The notes under the pieces were generated by a model that worked only from the letters and a program-made list of their open reading frames with translations, did no database searches and had not been told where the DNA came from. A stretch of 64,000 nucleotides of DNA from a virus. The stretch lies in the IMG/VR virus record IMGVR_UViG_3300021420_000019, positions 1 through 64,000 of that record, one strand, 5' to 3'. The translations under genes and the position numbers were made by a program. How positions within the stretch are numbered: the first letter of the stretch is position 1; every line of letters begins with the position of its first letter. Shown in pieces: positions 40,825 through 51,465 of this stretch.

Positions 40825-41334
40825 TTAGTTTTGAACTTCTACTTCTGTTTCCACGCCAAAAATGTCGTCCTCACGAAGGACAAGGTAGTGAGTTAGTCCC
40901 ACCAAAACCTCGGCTCCTGAGAACTTTCCGAACACTACTTTGTCTCCTACATTGATCCCTGGTTTCTGTAAAGTCCCATTGACCCACTTGCCTGGCCCAA
41001 CTGCCTTGACTATTCCCTTCGCTGGCTTCTCTTTTCCTTCATCGGGAATGAATAAGCCGTTGACTTGGTCTAACTCTTCATATCTAGTTACCCAGATACG
41101 ATCTTGAACCGCTCGAACTCCTACAGATTCAGGCTCGAGCTTCACATCTAGCTTTGCAACTTCAGCTAGAGCCTGCTCCTGCAACGCGAGACGATCTGCT
41201 TCGGACATCGCATTAAGTTTACGGAGACTCTCTTCACCAAACATCTCGATCCATTTGGCATCACTTACTGTTGCCGGATTAAATTGGGCACTTGACGCGC
41301 CCCTTGCGAGCTTATCGCCACCACCTAGGCTCAT
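40825..41334 (-). CDS. groES: GroES co-chaperonin with N-terminal extension
   Basis: GLFIPD..KEKP..GIVKAVGPG...VGDKVVFGKFSG.EV...LREDDI. Confidence 0.9.
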   Translation of the reverse strand: MSLGGGDKLARGASSAQFNPATVSDAKWIEMFGEESLRKLNAMSEADRLALQEQALAEVAKLDVKLEPESVGVRAVQDRIWVTRYEELDQVNGLFIPDEGKEKPAKGIVKAVGPGKWVNGTLQKPGINVGDKVVFGKFSGAEVLVGLTHYLVLREDDIFGVETEVEVQN

Positions 41335-41518
41335 GATTTGTAAACTCCCGTAATTTCAAAATTGCCGTCGAGATATTCGCCATCTATGGTTATAAAATCT
41401 TGTTCTTTAAGAGAAGACGATTTTTGAATGGCCTCTTCTAGGCTCGTGGCTTGAACTTCTATAGATACATCTACTTCGACCTTCGCCATCACTTGATAAG
41501 TTTTTATCTTTGTTGACA

Positions 41519-42235
41519 TTAGTTTAACTCCTCCTCGTTTAGGTCTTTGTCAATTGCTACCGGAAACTGAAACTGCTGCATAACTTCGTCCACATCTATC
41601 GACTTCACAGGTCTCCACCAAACTTTAAAATTGGGATTCCACCTGAAACGTGCCCGTTTTACTATATCGTTCTGGCTACGATCCGCCAGGCTACGCAAGA
41701 CTACCACAGGTGACTGCGATCTGTCAAGCAGTAATTGTGGATCATACTTCTCCGCGATAGCGAGCACGGTCTGGGCATCCGCAAGGGCGCTATGCGGGAA
41801 CAGGTTCAAGATGCCGTGATCTGCCGCCGTATGACTCAATTTGCCTACAGGCACGGCCCAGGGCAGGTCTGCGTAGAGATCGATCCACGGTCTCACGGGT
41901 AGTTCACGTCCCGCACGCTTAGCCCAGTTGTCTAAAATCTTCTTGTCGAAGCGTCTTGTGTTGTAACCCAACGTGGCATCACAATTTTCTAGCATGTCGA
42001 TAACGATATCCAGAATAGCATCGGACTCGTATCCAAATCTGTCTACTGCCGCTTGATGGATACCTGTTATCTTCGTTATCTCTGGCGTGATCGGGACATC
42101 CGCCTTAACGAGCACGCCGATATTGTCTAGACATTTCTTTTGCGATGTACTATAGAGCACCCCGCCAAATTCGATGACGCGATCATTGATCGTATCGAGG
42201 CCCGTTGTTTCGCAGTCCAGTGAGCAAAAAATCAT
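41519..42235 (-). CDS. DEDDh 3'-5' exonuclease (Pol III epsilon-like)
   Basis: DCETTG, YN..FD, HSALAD. Confidence 0.9.
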   Translation of the reverse strand: MIFCSLDCETTGLDTINDRVIEFGGVLYSTSQKKCLDNIGVLVKADVPITPEITKITGIHQAAVDRFGYESDAILDIVIDMLENCDATLGYNTRRFDKKILDNWAKRAGRELPVRPWIDLYADLPWAVPVGKLSHTAADHGILNLFPHSALADAQTVLAIAEKYDPQLLLDRSQSPVVVLRSLADRSQNDIVKRARFRWNPNFKVWWRPVKSIDVDEVMQQFQFPVAIDKDLNEEELN

Positions 42236-42601
42236 CTAGTTCACCACATCCGTTGACTTCACGGGCTTACGGTCGATTGGAATCAAATTATCTTGAGTAG
42301 TTACCAGTGGGTCCGCGATCAATTTAACGGAAACAGACATGTGCGTTAGCAGAGACCAATTGACAAAAATTCTCCGATCAAACGTAACAACCCCGCTTGG
42401 TAGCGGCTCATCCGGGTCCTTAAGTACAATGAGTCCGGCGCTGCTAACTAACTTGATAAATTTATCGTTCACAAGATACTGTAGCTGGGCTATGCTCTCC
42501 ACGTTCTCGAAGGTCTCCTGCACATGAACTTCATGCGGGAAGTTCTCGGGACGCCTGCGCTCGTCTACGTAAGCCGTGAAATCCACAAAATAACTAGACA
42601 T
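42236..42601 (-). CDS. Hypothetical protein
   Basis: 121 aa in a packed operon. Confidence 0.55.
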   Translation of the reverse strand: MSSYFVDFTAYVDERRRPENFPHEVHVQETFENVESIAQLQYLVNDKFIKLVSSAGLIVLKDPDEPLPSGVVTFDRRIFVNWSLLTHMSVSVKLIADPLVTTQDNLIPIDRKPVKSTDVVN

Positions 42602-43074
42602 CGGTCACCTTTTCTATCCTTGGAAGTGCTTCATCTTGAGTCATCAACATTAATTGAATAGAACCAAAAGCGGGTATCTCATGAATCTGTTGCTTCTTAT
42701 CGAACTGATACACCCGCACTGTGCTATCACTGAAGCTACGTATGGTCAACATACGTTGTGCTATGTATGGGTTCCCTGGATTCGGACGGGCCTGAATCTG
42801 CACCTCGACTTGGTTCTCGACGCACATCTGGTTGAACTCTTCCGATACCAGGGTCTTCCCGTTGGGGCCGTCGAATAGCATTAAATATTCTCGGATAAAT
42901 CAGTTATCTTAGTAACCTTTTCTTGCACCGGCACCAACTTCAAGGTCGGTCCGAATGAATTAGCTATTACTCGAAACTGCTGCGCCACCGCTGGACATTC
43001 AAGCATAGGATCATCAAGACTGAAGTCCAGCCTTACAATAACGAGCAAATCGTCTCCGTCTTTTACGTAGACTT

Positions 43075-43413
43075 TCATGATAGTGTCACTGGTCCGCCGG
43101 ACTTCAGTGCTGCGGTAGCCTGCTGAGCCTTTAACGCTGCCTCTGCCGCTAGCTGTGCGGCATTAGGACCTGTCGCCTGGACGATGACCTGCTTGTTAAA
43201 TACACCGCTCCCTACCGCCTTCGCGTTGCACTCATCTCCGCAGTATACAAACTTGCGGTCGTCCATAGTCTGGACAGTTCGAAGCGAGTTAAGCCAAGGG
43301 TTGGCTTGAAAGGCCTCTACCTGGCCCTCTTGGGTCTGCGGGAACGTGGCGGTCTTTCCACATCCCGGGTTATCACAGCTTAAAGTTACGAACGAAGAAA
43401 TTATGGCGCTCAA
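43075..43413 (-). CDS. Hypothetical zinc-binding protein
   Basis: CDNPGC...CGDEC. Confidence 0.55.
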   Translation of the reverse strand: MSAIISSFVTLSCDNPGCGKTATFPQTQEGQVEAFQANPWLNSLRTVQTMDDRKFVYCGDECNAKAVGSGVFNKQVIVQATGPNAAQLAAEAALKAQQATAALKSGGPVTLS

Positions 43414-43979
43414 TTGATTCTCCTTTTATACAACTTTTCAAAACGGTTTAGGAACATTTCCTTTGCTTGGGCCGGGGTCCACTGCTCGATCTTAATACCG
43501 TTGCTCTTAAAGCCTTCCCACTCCTCTGCTTCTTCAAATGTACAGTTCATTATCTGGCGCTTCTCCTCGAAAAGCATGCTGTTGTCCGCTAACTTTACTG
43601 ATTCGGGTTCCACAACTGAAAAACCAAATCGATCCGCAATCGCTCCCTGTACTACAGATTCTAGCTTCCGATAGATACTTCCAGCTTCTGTGAAGTGCTT
43701 CAACGGCCTAGAAAGATCAGAGAGGTAGGACTCCGAGGCGTCGTGCATTAAGCGATCAAAGGCCTCGGAATCGGGACCTAAGAAACTACAATAATAACTA
43801 TGCTGCGAAATTGAATAAAAATGTTTTGCGTGGCCTGTCCACCTGCATTGATTTGACAAAGAATGCGCTATGTCAATAATGTCAATGTCCTCAAGTCGAG
43901 GCTCTAGTAAGAAAAACTTCTTACCTGTATATGTACAGATGTAGGCCTTCTCAATATCGTTGCCTTTTTTATCTATCAT
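43410..43979 (-). CDS. HD-domain 5'-deoxynucleotidase-like protein
   Basis: DIAHSLS..CRW.GH, YSISQHS, LMHDASESY. Confidence 0.88.
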   Translation of the reverse strand: MIDKKGNDIEKAYICTYTGKKFFLLEPRLEDIDIIDIAHSLSNQCRWTGHAKHFYSISQHSYYCSFLGPDSEAFDRLMHDASESYLSDLSRPLKHFTEAGSIYRKLESVVQGAIADRFGFSVVEPESVKLADNSMLFEEKRQIMNCTFEEAEEWEGFKSNGIKIEQWTPAQAKEMFLNRFEKLYKRRIN

Positions 43980-44347
43980 TTCTTTTCCAATCCGCCGCTA
44001 ATTCCGCTCATTCCTGCACATATCGGACAAGGCACCGACTTGCGCTCTGGGTTCAAATCGACTACGTCCCAGTAGTGTTCGCGGTCACAGTGCATAACCC
44101 CGTTGACTGATGCCTGCGGCTTGTAGTCCTTGCGTTTCTTGGGCTCAGTCATCTTCTGTAGCCTCTCGAATAAATTCGATCTCCTCGAATGGGACAAACA
44201 CTTCCTTAGTTCTATATACGGTTGGATATCCACCGAGTCCGCGAATATGACTTAAAATTAATAATAAAGCGTTTGGGCCAACTGCGCCTGGGTTCATCTT
44301 ATAAATAGTGTTAAAGTCCCCGGATTTTGATTGAATATAGATATTCA

Positions 44348-45031
44348 TCATTTGCTGAGTCCTCTTAAGTACTCCGCCAGCGTGATAGCTTGTTCGCCGA
44401 GTAGTGCCTCGTGTCCCTCTGAATTAATCAATCGGAAATCAAAATTATAAAAATCTAGCGCGGTCTCTGATGGGTGATTGCTAGGGCGATCTGTTGCGTG
44501 ATACTGTGTTCCGTCTTCTTGTATTCTGGTCACCTTGACGTTATAACCGCCGCGTTGCTTGATACCGGCTGCCTCATTAGGAAAACGAACGTCGGTCACC
44601 AGCGCTATATCTAAGTTAGACGAGATGCTCGCGAATAACTTCTTGACCCAATAGTCTGGGTCCTGGGCTCTCCTGAATTCAGTTCCCCACCATTGAAGCA
44701 ACTTCGGATGCTTGCCGTATGGCGCTAGCTCTGAGACCTCTGGGTTCGGATCGGGCTGAACCCATTCTGGCAAATTAAGAATGTGCGCGAATGTCTCTCT
44801 GCGATTCTCTCGGGCTAACCAACGCTTACCTGTATCGGATACGAGAAACTCGTTCACTTCCTGGTATAGCGCGGTTGCGAACTTAAAGACTCCTACATTA
44901 ACCCCGCGCCATACTCGCTGATAACTGTGAGGCCTGCAACGTTCATTGAGTCGATCATAATGGTCAAGGATCGCTTCCGCAGCGGTATCCTTGCCCTGGC
45001 GTGCGCGATTTCCTAGCCCGATTAATAGCAT
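44348..45031 (-). CDS. Deoxynucleoside monophosphate kinase
   Basis: G.RARQGKDT, LLQWWGTE, TDVRFPNE, HPSE. Confidence 0.9.
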   Translation of the reverse strand: MLLIGLGNRARQGKDTAAEAILDHYDRLNERCRPHSYQRVWRGVNVGVFKFATALYQEVNEFLVSDTGKRWLARENRRETFAHILNLPEWVQPDPNPEVSELAPYGKHPKLLQWWGTEFRRAQDPDYWVKKLFASISSNLDIALVTDVRFPNEAAGIKQRGGYNVKVTRIQEDGTQYHATDRPSNHPSETALDFYNFDFRLINSEGHEALLGEQAITLAEYLRGLSK

Positions 45032-45774
45032 TAGTCTATCACCTTTGCCGGGCCGCTATACCACCCAAAACAACTGAGACACTGCCAGCGCTGTTTCTGT
45101 CGAAGGGCTGTATACTCGAATCCACGGCGCTGTACTTTGTCTGAGCCGCACTTTGGGCACGCTTGGCGCTCTCCGCGATTAACGTTAGCGTGATTTGTTG
45201 CCCAGGGACGCAAGGCATAGTACACTTTTTCAAGAAGCGCCGTATCTTGCGCGTTATAGCGGCACATTAATTTCCAAGCCTTCGGGTCTCCCGCCATGCA
45301 ACTCAACCAGAGGTGTATGCCTGTGTTAGGGAGTTTTCTGCCTACGCCCAAATAATTTCCGAGATCATCCAATTTATTTGAATCGAAGCGAAATGCCTTA
45401 CGGGCTATCCTCAATGTATCAACGGTTTTAAACGGACTGGGCGGAGGGAGCCCGTGAGTTACAAATCGTGTAAAGGCCTTGCGAACGTCAAAGGAATTTC
45501 CATTATGAGCTACCAAAATATCAGCTTCATCAAATATTTTCCAAAGATCATTAACAAGTAGCTCATCATTTTCTAAATCTTTCTTATATCCTGGGTAGTC
45601 CGCGAGACACTTAGTGTGAATTTTGGATTCGCCCATAACTTTATAAGCATAGCTAAGAAGGAACCAATCCTTTTTATATGCCACGATTGACGTTTCCCAC
45701 TTGGGTCCCCAAGAAAATCCTAGCGAGGGGGCCGTCTCCAAATCGACAAAAATTATTTTTGCTTTCTCAGTCAT
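45031..45774 (-). CDS. RNase H-like (DEDD) exonuclease with C-terminal zinc ribbon
   Basis: DLET, AHNG..FD, SNKLD, YNAQD, CPKC...CLSC. Confidence 0.85.
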   Translation of the reverse strand: MTEKAKIIFVDLETAPSLGFSWGPKWETSIVAYKKDWFLLSYAYKVMGESKIHTKCLADYPGYKKDLENDELLVNDLWKIFDEADILVAHNGNSFDVRKAFTRFVTHGLPPPSPFKTVDTLRIARKAFRFDSNKLDDLGNYLGVGRKLPNTGIHLWLSCMAGDPKAWKLMCRYNAQDTALLEKVYYALRPWATNHANVNRGERQACPKCGSDKVQRRGFEYTALRQKQRWQCLSCFGWYSGPAKVID

Positions 45775-46217
45775 GGTATCCTCAAATCTTTCGCTGGATT
45801 ATGCGGACAAAATCCGCCATTAATTCTCTTACCCCACTGGCAATTAAAGCACAAAGTTTGTAATCCGATAGGAAAACCATCCTTAACTATTGTTCTATAT
45901 TGCAAATTCTTAATTCCGCCCCTTCTCTTTTTATCTTCTGTTGCATCATCTTTGATGTGGTCTAGAGACAAAAAACTTAACTCTTTAGTTCCGCAACAAA
46001 CACAACCACTGTCCACACCGTAGTGCTCGATGCAAATTCTTTTCAATTCGAGCCGCCTACTCTTGATGTGGTCCGCATGAGTCGCGGCATACCTCGCGGA
46101 GATTTCCTTCTTCTTATCCGCATTATTTCTATACCACTCTTTAGAACGCCTATCGTGTTCTTCTTTATTGTCTTGATAATACTTAGCCCTATAAGCCTTC
46201 TTCTCTTCCTTTGTCAT
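45771..46217 (-). CDS. HNH-like endonuclease
   Basis: CVCC...LSLDHI...LQTLCFNC. Confidence 0.8.
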   Translation of the reverse strand: MTKEEKKAYRAKYYQDNKEEHDRRSKEWYRNNADKKKEISARYAATHADHIKSRRLELKRICIEHYGVDSGCVCCGTKELSFLSLDHIKDDATEDKKRRGGIKNLQYRTIVKDGFPIGLQTLCFNCQWGKRINGGFCPHNPAKDLRIP

Positions 46218-46901
46218 CTATGGTTTACCCGCCCACACTCTTATTGCCTCTGTGCCGACTGAGCCGACAATAATACCGACTTTAAATCCGCGGAACCAGG
46301 AACGCTTTGCTTTCGCTTTTTCAAGTTTAACATCGGCCTCGCGGCTCGCTTTCTCGTCAACAATCTGTTTATTCAATCCTACAATCAGACTATCTTGTGC
46401 GCCGATTATACCGTCGTCTGTTATCAGTTTCGCGCTTAAATCTGACACTTGAAGCTTCAATGCGGGAATCTCTTCCAGTGCCTGCACGGTCTGAGTCGCG
46501 GCCTCTGGAGTGATCGTGTCCGTGTTTCCGTTCGACTGTACCGCTCCCGGCTTCAAAGGCAGCAGCAACTTCCAGCGATCTAATATCTGCTGCTGTGTAG
46601 CTTGAGAGTCTATCTGTTGTTGCTTCGCTAAACCAGAGATAGCTGTCTTGATCTCTTGATCTATCACCAAATTATGTTGCTCGCTGTCCGCTTTTAACTG
46701 CGCGATCTGGTCCGTTAAGGTCTTATTCGCGTTGGTATCTGTTACAACCTGACTGGCGGCCTGCTGCGCTTTATGGTCATCGTAGCGAACGAACATATTC
46801 TCGATGCCCTGCCCGGCGCGGAACAGAACGAACGCGACAATGCAGATGACAATTAAGCGCTCATGAGCCTTGATAAACGTGATCCATTTTTCTAGTGTCA
46901 T
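46218..46901 (-). CDS. Membrane-anchored coiled-coil protein (spanin-like)
   Basis: N-terminal transmembrane segment, long coiled coil, C-terminal hydrophobic segment. Confidence 0.5.
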   Translation of the reverse strand: MTLEKWITFIKAHERLIVICIVAFVLFRAGQGIENMFVRYDDHKAQQAASQVVTDTNANKTLTDQIAQLKADSEQHNLVIDQEIKTAISGLAKQQQIDSQATQQQILDRWKLLLPLKPGAVQSNGNTDTITPEAATQTVQALEEIPALKLQVSDLSAKLITDDGIIGAQDSLIVGLNKQIVDEKASREADVKLEKAKAKRSWFRGFKVGIIVGSVGTEAIRVWAGKP

Positions 46902-46906
46902 ATTCC

Positions 46907-47584
46907 TCAATTGTAGTCCGGATACTGCCGAAGTTTCTTCTTGGCCCACTTTCGATATTCTATAGTTCCGATTCTGCCAGCGTATCCGAATGCCTCACGT
47001 CCTAGGGCTTTAACCGCTGGCGGGCTATCCAAGTACAACGCAAGTTGAGTCAGCACGCGAATTATACTCAGCCCTTCAACCTTATGGAGACCATACCGGG
47101 TAAATGCGTTCTCTATCTTTCCTAAAAGAGAATTACAAGAGGCGCATAAAAGACCTCGAAATAGGCCGCTAGCATGGTCATGTTCAGTTGCCAGCCTCTT
47201 TCCAGTAGACTTTCTGCCGCAGCAAAAACATACGCCGCCCTGATAATTAAACACCTTACCCCACTCTGCGGGGGTTATATCAAATGCTACCCAAAGGTGC
47301 TTCTCTCTTCGTTTCTCAGTCGCGCTAACCATCAAATTCGTCATTTCTCTTAAATACCCCTCAAGAGTAGGCCGTATCCCCACGGCAATAAACGCTATTT
47401 GATAGTTGAGACCTTGACCAGGTGGCCATATCCATCGAACATTCTGTATCCGCGCATGCCCTTTGTCTGCCACAGTAGCGGCATACCTGGCTCGATAGTG
47501 TACCAGGTCCTGCCAATCAAAACCTGATATACAGAATACTGATTGCCTTCGGCTAACGGTGATAGGGTCATTTGACCTCCGCAT
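46907..47584 (-). CDS. Recombination endonuclease VII-domain protein
   Basis: Q.G.C..C...EHDH.SG.FRGLLC..CN..LG. Confidence 0.85.
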   Translation of the reverse strand: MRRSNDPITVSRRQSVFCISGFDWQDLVHYRARYAATVADKGHARIQNVRWIWPPGQGLNYQIAFIAVGIRPTLEGYLREMTNLMVSATEKRREKHLWVAFDITPAEWGKVFNYQGGVCFCCGRKSTGKRLATEHDHASGLFRGLLCASCNSLLGKIENAFTRYGLHKVEGLSIIRVLTQLALYLDSPPAVKALGREAFGYAGRIGTIEYRKWAKKKLRQYPDYN

Positions 47585-47981
47585 ACGATAGGATAGGCGA
47601 CGATTTCAAATCATACTTAGACTCGTAATGTTCTAGGCACTCTCGGCGGTCGATATCAAAGTTAAGCGCTAGCGCACCGAGGTCCCAGGCCTCTCTTTCG
47701 GACTTCATGACGAGTTCACCGAATGTCTCTTTTCCTGTGTGCTCCCGTCGGGGGTGCCTAGGATCATATTTCATGCCGGGTAGTCCGAATATCTCCGAGA
47801 TCATGTGCCCACACTCGTGCGCGAGTGTATTCACACTGGAATACTTAACCGGGATAGAGGTGATCTCTTTACGTACGACTATGCGGAATTTGTTTCTATC
47901 GCCGTCTACATCGCCTTCAAAATACGAATACCCGGGCTCGTCCTCATCGATATCTATCTCTACCACTACCGATCTTTTCAT
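47568..47981 (-). CDS. HExxH metallopeptidase-like protein
   Basis: LAHECGH...EREAW. Confidence 0.65.
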   Translation of the reverse strand: MKRSVVVEIDIDEDEPGYSYFEGDVDGDRNKFRIVVRKEITSIPVKYSSVNTLAHECGHMISEIFGLPGMKYDPRHPRREHTGKETFGELVMKSEREAWDLGALALNFDIDRRECLEHYESKYDLKSSPILSYAEVK

Positions 47982-48209
47982 TGCCTGTCCCTCAGAAACT
48001 CAGTGCCTGACGTGCGCAGAGCTTCCCTAGTGTCCTGATCGGACTCTTGTCTGCGTTCGCGGTCGATCTTGACTCGCATAGTGTGTAACTCGGTCGCTGC
48101 GAAGCGTTCTGTGTTGTCCTTATATTCTGAACGGGCCATGACTCCTCCTATGTTAGTATATCGATCTTCGTCCATTCTGAAATTGTTCGACTATTCATCA
48201 TCAGCGCAT

Positions 48210-48677
48210 CTAACACAGCCATATACGCCAACAGTGACGGCTGACGCCTCCAATACTTGCGGTCGGTGCGTACGCGGTCTGGACAGGGATAATAGGCGCT
48301 TGTACATTAGTGGTCGTATTGTTAGAATTGTTACCGCCTGTCGCTGAATTGCTGTTAGTGTTAGCACTGGTAGCACTTGATGTGCTGTTCGCAGTGCTGG
48401 TTGTGCTCTGATTCTGTACCTGAGTCTGGGTTTGATTTTGTGTTTGATTCTGCAATTGACTCTGATTCTGCGGGGCCACTGTGGGGATAGCTTCACAGAT
48501 GAATGTCAGACCGTTATCGACTACAACTTGACCGTTGCCGTCGCCTGTGCCATTGCCTAGTGTGCCAGCGGGAACCTGTACCCTGACTTGACCTGGGGTT
48601 GCGCAGGTCCAACAAAATGCGCTAGTCGGAATAAGACTGAGAACAGATAGTGCTAGTGCCGCGATGAATGTTTTCAT
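48210..48677 (-). CDS. Exported Q/N/T-rich low-complexity protein
   Basis: Signal peptide; QNQT repeats; own promoter at 48730. Confidence 0.65.
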   Translation of the reverse strand: MKTFIAALALSVLSLIPTSAFCWTCATPGQVRVQVPAGTLGNGTGDGNGQVVVDNGLTFICEAIPTVAPQNQSQLQNQTQNQTQTQVQNQSTTSTANSTSSATSANTNSNSATGGNNSNNTTTNVQAPIIPVQTAYAPTASIGGVSRHCWRIWLC

Positions 48678-48707
48678 TTGGTCTCCTTATGTTCTAATTA
48701 CGCTATC

Positions 48708-48735
48708 AGTATAACAGAGCCTGTAAGGATGTCAA
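48708..48735 (-). promoter_or_regulatory. Sigma70-like phage promoter
   Basis: TTGACA-16-TATACT with extended TG. Confidence 0.65.
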
Positions 48736-48901
48736 GCTTTATTTTCAGAAATCTTTAAGCGCTCTTGGGCCATAACCCAATCGATAGCATCTCGCTTGGA
48801 GTCGAAGGTCTTGGCCAAGGTCCCGTCAATATAGACCTCCCACTCAATCTTGTCTTGGCGTGGGCGCTCGTAGTTTCGGTTGCGTTTGATGATCTTGTGC
48901 A

Positions 48902-49375
48902 TTACTCGTCCTTGTTTTGGTTTAAGTGACTTGCAATCTCTGTATTTTCAAATACATGGCGAGCAACTGATTCAATATACGCTCTCGGATATGGTTTAGG
49001 CATGGGCCATTGCGAGCAAGACAGCGTTAACTCTAAGATGATCTCAGATAAGGACTTATTGTCCAAAAACATGCTATTTGCACACGCAATCATAGATTCG
49101 GTGTTCATGCGAATCGTGTCTTCCTCTTCAGGCTCGTCAACCACTTGGACTATTGGCTTTGTATTTGGATAAACCCAAAGCCAACCGTTTGGTGTTTTCG
49201 CACTGACGAGACCGAGTGCTTTTTTAGCCTTTCGCATGGTCCGCCAACCTACTGGCGCGATCGTTCGGGCTTCCTTAGATGAAACTGAGCCCTTGGTCAA
49301 TTTGATCTTGAGCCAAGTTAGCGCTGCCTCCATTTCTTTTGGTTGTCTTCCTCGCATAATTCCTCCTGTTTCCAA
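48902..49375 (-). CDS. Winged-helix-like DNA-binding protein
   Basis: A..WL...L..G.V.S.E...RTMRKAKKALG...W.W pattern, as at the C-termini of RepA-type helicases; start may be the second Met. Confidence 0.5.
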   Translation of the reverse strand: METGGIMRGRQPKEMEAALTWLKIKLTKGSVSSKEARTIAPVGWRTMRKAKKALGLVSAKTPNGWLWVYPNTKPIVQVVDEPEEEDTIRMNTESMIACANSMFLDNKSLSEIILELTLSCSQWPMPKPYPRAYIESVARHVFENTEIASHLNQNKDE

Positions 49376-49446
49376 GATAGCAAACTACGAATAACTTGTC
49401 AAGAGAATTCTTGCCACCTTGTGCTTAATTGTTGCCTCCTTGACCT

Positions 49447-49688
49447 CGAATTCTTGCCTTCTTGCCAACATGGCAACAAGAAGTCTGCCTCAGAGGGAGA
49501 GAGAGAGCAAGTAAACCAATATATAAGTATAAATAACTATAAGACCCCTTGGTATTGATAATAAAAGACTTATTATAATCACGTCCGAATTTGTAAAAAG
49601 TTATATGACTATTTTAATTAAATATAGTGGTCTCTGTGTCTCTGAGGCGAACGACTTGTTGCCAACATGGCAAGAAGGCAACAATTCG
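49447..49688. repeat. About 50-bp imperfect inverted repeat around an AT-rich core (candidate replication origin)
   Basis: Arms 49447-49495 and 49640-49688, each containing TTGCCAACATGGCAA; lies at the strand-divergence point. Confidence 0.7.
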
Positions 49689-50388
49689 TTTTTGACCTAA
49701 ACTACTATGTAAAAATTACTGTCACCAACTGTTGGTGTCAGCATTTTAGTCCCAATGGCTCGCCTCGCATTGTGTCACCAGATAATGCCGTGGGGATACA
49801 GACATCATATAGGAGACCATGCGAAGCACATCAGACCAGGGATTTCAGCATTAAGCTGGAAGTGACCCAAGCTGATTAAGCGCTAACTCTTCGACAACAT
49901 AAACGCTTAAGCCATAAAGCCAAAGGTCAGCGATGCATTAGAGCAGCCTGGAAATATTCTGGTTCAGAAATTTTCAGGAAATTTGACGCACAAAATGACA
50001 AAAACGGCGAAAATCGGCGCAATAAGTATATTAAAGCAATATGTTTGCAACGATAAGTGCAACAAAACAAAGGTATTTGCTGCAAAACGCAACAAAATGA
50101 GCCGATTAACGACCGTCAGGACGCTAATCGAGGAATAATAAGAGCGGATGGAAGAGACTCCTTTCTATATAGCTGAAAACAAAAGAGATACCCGGGTGGA
50201 GTCCAGGAGTCCGCATCGCCCCCGGCACCCGTCGATGCCCGATGACGAATACGAAGGCGTCAAAAGTCCCACTAGTACGCAGTAATAACGTAAGGCACTC
50301 TAAGTACTTCATTTTAAAGATGTTACGTCAAAACTGAGTTTGTTTATTGGTCTGAGAAAGCTTTTAAGACCGTTTTTAAGAATGGGAA

Positions 50389-50467
50389 CACCCCGACATC
50401 GAATCGGGAGTGCGCTGGGAAGAGTCTCATAGCTCTTCCCGGCACCCTACTATGAGAGGGGTATATG
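50389..50467 (+). promoter_or_regulatory. Kissing-loop leader RNA, copy A
   Basis: Stem 50414-50424/50433-50443; loop TCTCATAG complements CTATGAGA (50450-50457) at the RBS. Confidence 0.75.
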
Positions 50468-51034
50468 AAAAGAGTTAGAGATAGTTTGTTGTCTCCGGAG
50501 GACTTTGCTCGTCTTAGGGCAATGTCCCCTAAAGTACCTAAAGAAGCCATAGCGTTAAAACAGCGGAAAGAGTCCTCTCCCTTTAGGAAGAGGTTGAAGG
50601 TTTCTCCTGTTGTAGTCCTAGAAAGGGTAGAAAAGCCCGAACTCAGTAAAGACTATCTATCTTTGAGGGCTGCCATATCCGATCCTAGGTTACCTGTTGC
50701 AAAAGCCTCTTCGAACATCAAAGATGTGTTGTTTATTGGAGACGGTCAGCATATTTGGAAAAGCCAGTGGGTGGCGCTAGCGTGGGCGGAGAAGCATAAG
50801 AGTTCCAAAACCCGAGTCCGTTGGGCTAGTAGTTTTTATTCTATTAAAGGCTACATATTTGCAAGGAACGGTCATAACGAAGCGGAACAGATGTTGAAGT
50901 GGTGGGACGGGTTGTTGAATATCGTACCATATGAGATTCCACTCCCCCCTCCTCCATCAGATGAAGAATTGTTAGCCTGGTGGAAAGAGTTAGAAGCAAA
51001 AATGGCAGAAGTAGGTATGAAGGACAAACAATGA
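50465..51034 (+). CDS. Hypothetical protein
   Basis: 189 aa; GAGGGG RBS. Confidence 0.65.
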   Translation: MKRVRDSLLSPEDFARLRAMSPKVPKEAIALKQRKESSPFRKRLKVSPVVVLERVEKPELSKDYLSLRAAISDPRLPVAKASSNIKDVLFIGDGQHIWKSQWVALAWAEKHKSSKTRVRWASSFYSIKGYIFARNGHNEAEQMLKWWDGLLNIVPYEIPLPPPPSDEELLAWWKELEAKMAEVGMKDKQ

Positions 51035-51456
51035 CCGAAACCAACTACGTTAACCGAGTAGACCAGACGCGTCTCCAGAAGATAGACGGCAGCAAGCTGG
51101 CCGAATCCGTGGACGAGGAACTCTACCCCCGACGGGACAGAAAGATCGGAACTGATCCAGTACCCGTGGCCCCTCTTGTTCCTACGAGCATATATCCGTC
51201 CCTTTGGGCTAGCGCTAACCAAGACCCGCCGAAAGCGGGCGACACCATAACCACGGACCTGGATTGGGTAAATTCTACCGAACCGGACGAGCTTCCTGAC
51301 GATGGTATTGGGAACGTGGCACCGACTCCAGCACCCGAACCACCCTTTGCACTTTACTTTGGTCCCAGTCGAGAAGAGTTTGAAACGTTTAAGAAACAAG
51401 TTGTCGCGGCTTTGCGCCATATAGGCGTAGATGTAAGAAAGTACTTCGAAGTATAA
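51031..51456 (+). CDS. Hypothetical Pro/Asp-rich protein
   Basis: ATGA overlap with the previous stop. Confidence 0.6.
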   Translation: MTETNYVNRVDQTRLQKIDGSKLAESVDEELYPRRDRKIGTDPVPVAPLVPTSIYPSLWASANQDPPKAGDTITTDLDWVNSTEPDELPDDGIGNVAPTPAPEPPFALYFGPSREEFETFKKQVVAALRHIGVDVRKYFEV

Positions 51457-51465
51457 ATTGGGAAA

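Noticed and set aside
34916-43979. Z-base (2-aminoadenine) cluster suggested by the HD phosphatase and MazG-like genes
   Set aside because: No PurZ/PurA-like gene is in the window, and both enzyme types are common in phages.
48380-48475. QNQT-encoding tandem repeats as a non-coding repeat locus
   Set aside because: Explained by the low-complexity coding region of 48210-48677.
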